Positions 7,276-13,369 of a DNA stretch of 13,939 nucleotides are shown piece by piece; the first letter of the stretch is position 1, and every line of letters starts with the position of its first letter. Made by a program: the position numbers and the translations under genes. This DNA is from a plasmid: the sequence record NZ_CP064762.1; one strand, 5' to 3'. Under the pieces are notes generated by a model, which worked only from the letters and a program-made list of their open reading frames with translations, searched no databases and had not been told where the DNA came from.

Positions 7276-7578
7276 CTATTGATTCAAGATTTCATGGGAG
7301 CCAGTTGCAACCAATAACAAAATCAATTCATCATGATCTAGCTGATAAATAACAATCCAGTTGTCATAATTTTTACCATAGTTTCCATATCTGGCAGGGT
7401 GAAATTCACGATAGCCACGCCAATTTCCTTTTAATGCATGATCTTTAATCTGTTTCAAAACAAGTACATCTTGTTCAACAATTGCTTCTAAACAAGGCTT
7501 CAAGACAGTTATTGGGAAATGTTTTTTGACTAGTTTTTTTAATTCACGTTCAAAAGATTTGGTCTGTTTAATTTGCAT
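7276..7578 (-). CDS. yafQ: Type II toxin, YafQ/RelE-family mRNA interferase
   Basis: 100-aa protein with the C-terminal signature ...WRGYREFH...NWIVIYQLDHDELILLLVATGSHEIL. It overlaps the upstream antitoxin gene by 11 nt. Confidence 0.8.
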   Translation of the reverse strand: MQIKQTKSFERELKKLVKKHFPITVLKPCLEAIVEQDVLVLKQIKDHALKGNWRGYREFHPARYGNYGKNYDNWIVIYQLDHDELILLLVATGSHEILNQ

Positions 7579-7846
7579 CTAACTTATCGATCCAATCTTC
7601 AAAGTCAGTCAATGAACCAATGTTTTTGACCTGCCCTGTTTCTGCTTCTTTTTTAGCGGCTAAGGCTTCCGGAGAATCTAAAAAGCTGACTAATCGAACT
7701 TCATTATTGGCCGCTTTAACTAACGATAAGCGTATATACTCAGAAACGGTTAGCCCTTGTTTTGCTAGATTAGCTTTAGCCCGTTCACTAATGTCAGGTG
7801 TTACACGAGTTGAAATTGTCTTGTTTTTAATAATAGTATTACTCAT
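7568..7846 (-). CDS. dinJ: Type II antitoxin, DinJ/RelB-like ribbon-helix-helix
   Basis: 92-aa protein with an N-terminal RHH-like region (TISTRVTPDISERAKANLAKQGLTVSEYIRLSL). It lies upstream of and overlaps the YafQ-like toxin. A GGGGG RBS sits 10 nt before the ATG. Confidence 0.75.
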   Translation of the reverse strand: MSNTIIKNKTISTRVTPDISERAKANLAKQGLTVSEYIRLSLVKAANNEVRLVSFLDSPEALAAKKEAETGQVKNIGSLTDFEDWIDKLDAN

Positions 7847-7879
7847 TCTAATCCGCCCCCTTTCAGTTTACCATCGTAC

Positions 7880-7915
7880 TACATTATAATATTCGATTTT
7901 TAGGTTTTCTGCAAC
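7880..7915 (-). promoter_or_regulatory. Putative sigma70-type promoter of the dinJ-yafQ operon (minus strand: TTGCAG-17-TATTAT/TATAAT)
   Basis: Read on the minus strand the sequence is ttgcagaaaacctaaaaatcgaatattataat, about 30 nt upstream of the antitoxin RBS. Confidence 0.4.
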
Positions 7916-7949
7916 TAAATTAATTTTAAAGTAAAGGAACTAACAGCTT

Positions 7950-8060
7950 ATGCAACAAGTTGTCTTACCCATCAAAGATTCAAATGTTCTCAAGGAGGTT
8001 CAAGATACGTTACTCAATAACTTTAGAAGCTGTTTAGTATCTTTGATTTTGACCAAATAA
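7950..8060 (+). pseudogene. Truncated duplicate of the 5' end of the tyrosine-recombinase gene (first ~26 codons nearly identical to 11673-11750, then frameshifted to a stop)
   Basis: 7950-8027 is atgcaacaagttgtcttacccatcaaagattcaaatgttctcaaggaggttcaagatacgttactcaataacttt. It matches 11673-11750 with only a few substitutions, and the similarity stops at ~8028. Confidence 0.75.
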
Positions 8061-8094
8061 TTTGATAACTACTGTCAAAAAAGTTGGTGATCAT

Positions 8095-8211
8095 ATGCAA
8101 CATTTTAGTCATCATTACCAAAGCGATATTTCTCGGCAACAATTCGATTTGATCCGCCAGGATCTGGAAGCTTCAAGGTCCCCAATTCCCCCCTCACTCA
8201 AAAAGGAGTGA
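8095..8211 (+). pseudogene. N-terminal fragment of a DDE transposase (DUF4096-like motif, MQHFSHHYQSDISRQQFDLIRQDLE...), truncated
   Basis: The 38-codon ORF begins with a sequence resembling the 'LTDEQWELIEPLL' N-termini of IS5/IS1182-type transposases. There is no downstream continuation. Confidence 0.3.
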
Positions 8212-8306
8212 GCGAAGCCCACGCTCACATTTAACTGCGCCTCCCGTTGGTCGTTGCTAAAATCAAGCCCATGGTTAGGAAACTTCGGTCACACCCTCAG
8301 GCAGAA

Positions 8307-8528
8307 TTAAATAGCGTTAATAGCTGATCTGGCCCTTTGAAGTTGTTTGAATTCTTTGGACGTTACTTCAGTACCGTCTTCTAGCTCAACTGATTTAGCG
8401 CCTTTAACCCAATTCCGAATTGAATCGGCTGAAGGACCGTATTCCTTGGATAATTCATCGGATCGTCGTCCCGCTTTAACCATCTCCACAATGGACTTTT
8501 TTAAGTCCTCTTCATAACGTGTAACCAT
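8307..8528 (-). pseudogene. IS3-family transposase OrfA (HTH, PF01527-like), 3'-truncated
   Basis: MVTRYEEDLKKSIVEMVKAGRRSDELSKEYGPSADSIRNWVKG...SKEFKQLQ fits the IS3/IS911 OrfA HTH plus the start of a leucine zipper. It is truncated after ~70 aa and has no orfB. An AGGAGCA RBS lies within the adjacent 62-bp IS-end element. Confidence 0.7.
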
Positions 8529-8537
8529 AAATAAAAA

Positions 8538-8599
8538 TGCTCCTATGATGATATTTTACCAAACTAGCAAAACTAGTCCGGAATCTCATCATAAGAGCA
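8538..8599 (-). mobile_element. 62-bp IS-end-like element (copy A). It begins TG..., ends ...CA, carries internal 15-bp palindromic arms, and is contiguous with the IS3-like orfA fragment
   Basis: tgctcctatgatgatattttaccaaactagcaaaactagtccggaatctcatcataagagca. It is 57/62 identical to the reverse complement of 10402-10463. Confidence 0.5.
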
Positions 8600-8653
8600 T
8601 GTATACTTGTGTATAGTAAGTTTGTTGAACTGCAACAAATACAGGAGGAACAA

Positions 8654-9706
8654 ATGTTTTTAGCAATTAGAGAGATTAAAAAAGAAAAACTACGGTACGG
8701 CTTGATTCTAACAGTCGTCGTCTTAATCAGTTATTTGATTTTCATTTTAAGTGCCCTGGCGCTCGGGCTGGCAACAGCTAACACCGCTGCGGTGGACAGC
8801 TGGCAGTCTAAGTCCTTTGTAATGACCAAAGACGCTAATGGCAATGCCGGACAGTCATTACTGACAACGAAACAGGTGGATCAGTTAAGCGACGACAAAA
8901 CCGCAACACTTGGCATTACACCAGTTAATATGAAAATTGGCGGAAAACGTGAATCCGCACAATTCGTTGGGATGAATAACGACGAGTACATCGCTAAAAA
9001 CCTACAATTAACCAAGGGGCACTTGCCAAAGGCAGCTAACGAAGTCGTCCTCGCTGACTCAGTTGATAAGGATATTTACGGTATGGGGGATAAAATTTCG
9101 ATTGGGTTATCTGATACGAAATATAAAATCGTGGGTTATGCGAAAAATGCCACGTATAACACCGCACCTGTTATTTATGGCGCGTTAGCGCAATGGCGTG
9201 TCATTAAGGGCGTGTCAGATCAATTCCAAGGTAGCGTAGTTACTTCAAAAACGTCACAATCGGTCGATGATAAAGCATTAAAGACTTATTCATACCAAGC
9301 CTTTATCAATAAATTGCCAGGTTATACACCGCAAAAAGCGACGTTTGGTCTCATGATTGGCTTCCTGATTGTCATTTCATTGATTGTGATTACCATCTTC
9401 CTCTACATTCTAACGGTTCAAAAATTGCCTAACTTGGCAGTTTTGCGTGCACAAGGCATTCCAAATCGTTTCTTGGCCCAAAATACGTTATTTGAGACGT
9501 TCTTTATTATGGCAACTGGTATCGTCGTTGGTGCTGTACTATCGGCATTAACTGAATTTGGGATTCCAGATAGCGTACCAATGGCATTTGATTGGGGATT
9601 GATGGGACTCATTGCGGCCGGATTGATGGTAACCGGGTTACTGGGTGCAATCATTCCGATTCGTGTGATTAGTAAGATTGATCCGGTATCAGTAATTGGA
9701 GGTTAA
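8654..9706 (+). CDS. ABC transporter permease, FtsX/MacB-like (N-terminal TM, large extracytoplasmic domain, three C-terminal TM helices)
   Basis: AGGAGG (8643-8648) precedes ATG 8654. The ORF-track start at 8609 is probably too far upstream. Hydrophobic segments occur at ~15-40 and in the last ~130 aa. The next gene is translationally coupled. Confidence 0.85.
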   Translation: MFLAIREIKKEKLRYGLILTVVVLISYLIFILSALALGLATANTAAVDSWQSKSFVMTKDANGNAGQSLLTTKQVDQLSDDKTATLGITPVNMKIGGKRESAQFVGMNNDEYIAKNLQLTKGHLPKAANEVVLADSVDKDIYGMGDKISIGLSDTKYKIVGYAKNATYNTAPVIYGALAQWRVIKGVSDQFQGSVVTSKTSQSVDDKALKTYSYQAFINKLPGYTPQKATFGLMIGFLIVISLIVITIFLYILTVQKLPNLAVLRAQGIPNRFLAQNTLFETFFIMATGIVVGAVLSALTEFGIPDSVPMAFDWGLMGLIAAGLMVTGLLGAIIPIRVISKIDPVSVIGG

Positions 9707-9710
9707 AAAG

Positions 9711-10391
9711 ATGCGTGAAGAAAAACTAGCCCTTGAACACGTGACGAAACAATTTGGTCAGAAAACCAATTTAGTTACGGCACTAGAAGACGTCAGTTTA
9801 GCGTTTAAAGCTGGTGAGGTGTCGCTTATCATTGGTCCTTCAGGATCTGGTAAAAGTACCTTGCTAACCATTTTAGGCGGGTTACAGACACCAACAGACG
9901 GCTCAGTTCGTTTGAATGGTCACGACATCAGTGATTTGAGTACCAAAGAAGCCGAAAAAACACGACTTGAACAAATCGGTTTCGTCTTACAGGCGTACAA
10001 TCTCGTGCCATATTTAACCGTAGCAGACCAATTCAAACTTGTTGACCAGGTGAAGCCTAACAATAACCTCAGTCAAGATGGATTTGACAAAATTATTGAA
10101 ACGCTAGGCATTCAAAAATTATTAAACAAATACCCTGGCGAATTGTCTGGCGGTCAACAACAGCGCGTTGCAATTGCCCGTGCGTTGTATACAGACCCGG
10201 CGATCATCCTAGCCGATGAACCTACGGCAGCATTAGATACGGCACGTGTCAAAGAAGTTGGCCAACTTTTTGCTAATATTGCGCATGACGAGGAAAAAGC
10301 AGTCGTCATCGTCACGCACGATGATCGTCTGCGAGAGTTTTCTGATAATGTCTACAAAATTGTCGACGGAAAACTATCTAATACGGACTGA
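9711..10391 (+). CDS. ABC transporter ATP-binding protein
   Basis: The motifs present are Walker A GPSGSGKST, Q-loop, ABC signature LSGGQQQRVAIARAL, Walker B IILADEPTAALD and H-loop VTHD. GGAGG at 9698-9702 precedes ATG 9711. Confidence 0.9.
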   Translation: MREEKLALEHVTKQFGQKTNLVTALEDVSLAFKAGEVSLIIGPSGSGKSTLLTILGGLQTPTDGSVRLNGHDISDLSTKEAEKTRLEQIGFVLQAYNLVPYLTVADQFKLVDQVKPNNNLSQDGFDKIIETLGIQKLLNKYPGELSGGQQQRVAIARALYTDPAIILADEPTAALDTARVKEVGQLFANIAHDEEKAVVIVTHDDRLREFSDNVYKIVDGKLSNTD

Positions 10392-10401
10392 TTAACACAC
10401 T

Positions 10402-10463
10402 TGCTCTTATGCTGATATTCCGGACTAGTTTTTCTCGTTTGGTAAAATATCATCATAAGAGCA
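10402..10463 (+). mobile_element. 62-bp IS-end-like element (copy B), inverted relative to copy A and not followed by a transposase gene (solo end)
   Basis: tgctcttatgctgatattccggactagtttttctcgtttggtaaaatatcatcataagagca. Together with copy A it brackets the two ABC genes as an inverted pair. Confidence 0.5.
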
Positions 10464-10559
10464 ATAGATTATTTAGTTATGTTTTTGTCGAGCTTGCATT
10501 TTTGCTAGTCCGCTTGTAGCAAGGGTTTCAGCCCAATATAATAACTAAAATTTATAAGG

Positions 10560-10742
10560 TTACTTTTCAAATGTGTTGATTATCCATTGCAGAGAAAAGA
10601 ACACAATAAAAATGATAAGAATAGGAAGCAGTCTAGCCAGCCAAATATTGATGTTTGGATATTGTGACAGAGTATGATAGAGCCATTGGGCAATTATAAA
10701 AGCGCCCAATCCGCTGACGATTTATTTGATGTTTTTATACAT
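10560..10742 (-). pseudogene. Small two-TM hydrophobic protein gene (~60 aa) with its own promoter and GGAGA RBS, interrupted by an in-frame TAA at codon 7
   Basis: The minus strand reads ttggagaaataacATG TAT AAA AAC ATC AAA TAA ATC GTC AGC GGA TTG GGC... and translates to MYKNIK*IVSGLGAFIIAQWLYHTLSQYPNINIWLARLLPILIIFIVFFSLQWIINTFEK. An upstream TTGTTT-17-TATATT promoter is present. An alternative TTG start at 10709 would give 49 aa. Confidence 0.35.
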
Positions 10743-10800
10743 GTTATTTCTCCAATATATTCATACTAATATAGTACCTATAATACCATTAAACAAAAAA

Positions 10801-10842
10801 ACAGCCCCTATTATCTATCCACTAGATAACGGGGGCTGTTTT
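10801..10842. terminator. Hairpin terminator (acagcccctattatctat...atagataacgggggctgt) flanked by A7 and T4
   Basis: Imperfect inverted repeat with an 8-bp GC-rich stem base. aaaaaaa lies upstream and tttt downstream. Confidence 0.55.
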
Positions 10843-10891
10843 ATAGGGGCGATTAAAAAAGGCACAAATAACCCCTCAAAAACGTTTTTAA

Positions 10892-10932
10892 AATAACCCC
10901 CAATATCTATAATGTAGATATTGGGGGTTATT
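10892..10932. terminator. Bidirectional terminator, second copy of the ~70-bp repeated hairpin element (cccccaatatcta / tagatattggggg)
   Basis: aataacccccaatatctataatgtagatattgggggttatt is followed by tgtttttata. It sits 3' of the minus-strand relE-like gene that ends at 10961. Confidence 0.7.
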
Positions 10933-10960
10933 TGTTTTTATATGGTATAAATGACTTCTC

Positions 10961-11317
10961 TTATTCGTCATTTTTTCGATACCTTTTGGAACGATTTTGA
11001 CCAGGAAATAAACGATCATGCGATCCGACTCGAATGCCAATTAAGACTAGTTCATCTTTATCAATCGTATAAACCACCAGGACATCGTTAGTTTCGCTTG
11101 GTGTTTTGTTTTTCGGGGTATCTCGTAAGTGAAATTCATTATAACCGCTCATTCGCCGATTAAGCTCATGATCTTCAAATTCTGGTGGTAATTGTTGTTG
11201 CTCAAGCAACAGGTCAATGGCTGCTCGAACTTCATCAATAATAGATTTGTCTAAACTGGCTAACCGTTTTAGATCAGCATTAAAGGTTGCACGTGGTTTA
11301 AATCTTAGTTTTTTCAT
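10961..11317 (-). CDS. Type II toxin, RelE/ParE/YafQ-superfamily
   Basis: 118-aa protein with C-terminal ...GYNEFHLRD...DVLVVYTIDKDELVLIGIRVGSHDRLF. Its ATG overlaps the antitoxin stop in a TAATG arrangement. Confidence 0.75.
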   Translation of the reverse strand: MKKLRFKPRATFNADLKRLASLDKSIIDEVRAAIDLLLEQQQLPPEFEDHELNRRMSGYNEFHLRDTPKNKTPSETNDVLVVYTIDKDELVLIGIRVGSHDRLFPGQNRSKRYRKNDE

Positions 11318-11595
11318 TATTTAAACTGACCCCAATAATCATCATCTGATTCAACAATTTCATCGTCAGGTAAAACATGGCGTTTAATTAACTGATCACG
11401 TGCAATTGCATATTCTAACGAACCTTCTTTAGCTTTTAATGCTCTTTCTAGCCAGTCCATTTTTTCTTGTGAAACGATGGCTACTGCGCGACTATTTGAA
11501 CGAGCAATATAAACGGTTTCGTCTTCGTCATTAACTTGATCTAAATATTTTTTTAGGTTAGCGCGAAAATCGCTCTGTGTTAGTGCTAATGTCAT
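11317..11595 (-). CDS. Type II antitoxin, Phd/YefM family
   Basis: The N-terminus MTLALTQSDFRANLKKYLDQVNDEDETVYIARSNSRAVAIVSQEKMDWLE is typical of Phd/YefM. AGGGTGG sits 7 nt before ATG 11595, and the ORF-track GTG start at 11604 falls inside that RBS. Confidence 0.8.
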   Translation of the reverse strand: MTLALTQSDFRANLKKYLDQVNDEDETVYIARSNSRAVAIVSQEKMDWLERALKAKEGSLEYAIARDQLIKRHVLPDDEIVESDDDYWGQFK

Positions 11596-11612
11596 ATTTA
11601 CCACCCTTTCAT

Positions 11613-11641
11613 TGTACTTAATATTGTACTTTAATTTGTAC
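11613..11641 (-). promoter_or_regulatory. Promoter of the phd/relE-like operon (minus strand TTGATT-17-TACAAT) overlapping three direct (A)GTACAA(T) repeats that are likely antitoxin operator sites
   Basis: The minus strand reads ttgatttttagtacaaattaaagtacaatattaagtacaatg, ~15 nt before the RBS. The repeat AGTACAA occurs three times at ~10-bp spacing. Confidence 0.55.
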
Positions 11642-11672
11642 TAAAAATCAATTTTTTTAAGGAGCTAAAACT

Positions 11673-12260
11673 ATGCAACAAGTTGTCTTACCCATCAAAG
11701 ATTCAAACGTTCTTAAAGAGGTTCAAGATACGTTACTCAATAACTTTAAAGCTGGCCGACGTAACTATACAGTTTTTCAAGTTGGCAAAGCGACGCTACT
11801 GCGAGTGAGTGATGTCATGCGCTTAAAACAGACCGATATTTTTAATCCGGACGGTTCTATTAAACAAAATGCGTTCATTCACGACCGAAAAACGGGTAAG
11901 CCTAATACCTTGTACCTTAAACCAGTTCAAACAGAGCTCTTATTGTACCGTCAATGGCTACTTGATCATAGACTGGATTCTGAATGGCTCTTTCCTTCCA
12001 TTCAACACCCAGAACGCCATATCACGGAAAAACAGTTCTACAAAATTATGAGTAAGGTTGGCGATCTGTTAGGAATTAATTATCTAGGGACCCATACGAT
12101 GCGCAAAACCGGGGCTTATCGCGTTTACACGCAATCAAATTATAATATTGGCTTAGTCATGAATTTGCTAAATCATTCCAGTGAAGCGATGACTTTAGCT
12201 TATTTAGGCTTAGACCAGGCTAGTACTGAAACGATGCTGGATCAAATTGATTTTGGTTAG
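11673..12260 (+). CDS. Small tyrosine site-specific recombinase / integrase (phage-integrase family, 195 aa)
   Basis: The C-terminal catalytic region reads LGTHTMRKTGAYRVY and an upstream Arg lies in ...RVSDVMRLKQTD, consistent with the R..H-x-x-R...Y arrangement of tyrosine recombinases. AAGGAG lies 8 nt upstream of the ATG. Confidence 0.8.
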   Translation: MQQVVLPIKDSNVLKEVQDTLLNNFKAGRRNYTVFQVGKATLLRVSDVMRLKQTDIFNPDGSIKQNAFIHDRKTGKPNTLYLKPVQTELLLYRQWLLDHRLDSEWLFPSIQHPERHITEKQFYKIMSKVGDLLGINYLGTHTMRKTGAYRVYTQSNYNIGLVMNLLNHSSEAMTLAYLGLDQASTETMLDQIDFG

Positions 12261-12272
12261 GAGGTTGTCCTT

Positions 12273-12632
12273 ATGGATTTAGATTTTAAAACCAACAAAT
12301 ATGAGCTGTTTGATGATTGGCATCAAAATAAGACTAAACAAGCCTTTACACAAAAGTTGCAACAACAAGCTCAAATTGAAAAAAAACACCTGCCACAATT
12401 ATTGTCGCGTGAAGATTTAAAAATTCGTTGGCAGATGAACTCTCGTCAAAGTGTTCACCAAGTTACTAGTAAGCCTGATTTTCCACAACCCGTTTTTGCT
12501 TTTAATCATGGTAAGACGCCGCTTTACTTAGCAACTGAAATTCAAATTTTTGAAATTAATCACCCTTGGGTGATAACTCCCGGTGCTCGTCTTGCTTATA
12601 GTCATTGGATCCTTCGTAATGTGATTGATTAA
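12273..12632 (+). CDS. Hypothetical protein translationally coupled to the recombinase; possible HTH/excisionase-like recombination directionality factor
   Basis: AGGAGG at 12259-12264 precedes ATG 12273. The segment LLSREDLKIRWQMNSRQSVHQVTSKPDFPQP...LATEIQIFE loosely resembles Xis/AlpA-type HTH_17 proteins. Confidence 0.4.
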   Translation: MDLDFKTNKYELFDDWHQNKTKQAFTQKLQQQAQIEKKHLPQLLSREDLKIRWQMNSRQSVHQVTSKPDFPQPVFAFNHGKTPLYLATEIQIFEINHPWVITPGARLAYSHWILRNVID

Positions 12633-12717
12633 TCTTGAGATTTGGCTCTAGGATTTTTATCGTTGGCGCTAGCCTTCTAATACAAATAATCCCCATCAAA
12701 ATGGGGATTAAATCTAT

Positions 12718-12750
12718 CCTTGACAAGTGTCAAGGGTGTAAGTGCGCATT
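12718..12750 (+). other. Orphan oriT-like site of the RSF1010/MOBQ type: 8-bp inverted repeat (ccttgaca-agt-gtcaagg) followed by a TAAGTGCGC nick-core
   Basis: RSF1010/R1162 oriT has an inverted repeat followed by GGTAAGTGCG|CCCT. Here the sequence ccttgacaagtgtcaagg gtg TAAGTGCGC att gives a 9/9 core match at the same distance from the inverted repeat. No relaxase gene is present in the window. Confidence 0.45.
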
Positions 12751-13024
12751 GACCTCGTTTCACTCGGTCTGCTGATAACCATAAAATCAATTTTTGCCGT
12801 TGTTGAATTGACTGTATTTTTAATTCAATTTATGCTTACACTTAACTGAGTTTGTTATGCTTTAAATGCTAAAAATTGTTGCATATCCCGCTGCTTTCAA
12901 CCAAATTTTTTTAATTGCTTTATGCAGAGAATCTTCATAAACCTGGCAACAAAATTTGAATAACTAACTGTAAGAACTGCGTATCTAAACTGAAATCATT
13001 ATTTTAATGTTAGGAGTAATTAAG

Positions 13025-13219
13025 ATGGACGAAAAGAAAGTATTAAAACCCATTGATGAAATGCTTGCTGATCCTTGGCAAGTTGATATTCAAGAATTGT
13101 TTGAAGCTTCTGTCAATGAACCTGACGAGATCAAAAAGAATTTGTATGATTCCTTATATACTTATATTTTGCAAAAAAGACAAGAAGATATTATTAATCG
13201 TCCTGGCTTCGTTATTTAG
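13025..13219 (+). CDS. Small acidic hypothetical protein (64 aa)
   Basis: AGGAG at 13012-13016 precedes ATG 13025. The ORF-track start at 13007 contains that RBS. A hairpin terminator follows directly. Confidence 0.45.
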   Translation: MDEKKVLKPIDEMLADPWQVDIQELFEASVNEPDEIKKNLYDSLYTYILQKRQEDIINRPGFVI

Positions 13220-13250
13220 CCCTCTAAGAGCCTGCTGAGGGCTTTTTATT
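13218..13250 (+). terminator. Rho-independent terminator (agccctc-N12-gagggct + TTTTTATTTT)
   Basis: agccctctaagagcctgctgagggctttttatttt overlaps the stop codon of the small ORF. Confidence 0.6.
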
Positions 13251-13369
13251 TTGGCTTTGGTATAAATATATATAAATAGTCTCAAAATCGCTGAGAACAA
13301 AAAATAAGGCCCTTAAAAAGGGACATAGCAGTTAAATCTTTATCAAGTTTTAGAAAATCTAACTATTTG

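Noticed and set aside
7620-7889. 89-aa plus-strand ORF antisense to the dinJ-like antitoxin
   Set aside because: The minus-strand antitoxin has a clear RHH family signature and an RBS. The plus-strand ORF has neither.
8609-8653. Upstream extension of the permease ORF (MYSKFVELQQIQEEQ)
   Set aside because: AGGAGG at 8643-8648 sits at ideal spacing for ATG 8654. The extension would start inside the IS-end element and has no RBS.
9418-9654. 78-aa minus-strand ORF inside the permease gene
   Set aside because: It is antisense to the conserved FtsX C-terminal TM region and is a spurious frame.
11869-12051. 60-aa ORF in an alternative frame of the recombinase gene
   Set aside because: It is an out-of-frame overlap with the tyrosine-recombinase CDS.
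13053-13238. 61-aa ORF overlapping the small acidic protein gene in another frame
   Set aside because: It has no RBS, while the 13025 frame has AGGAG at correct spacing and an adjacent terminator.
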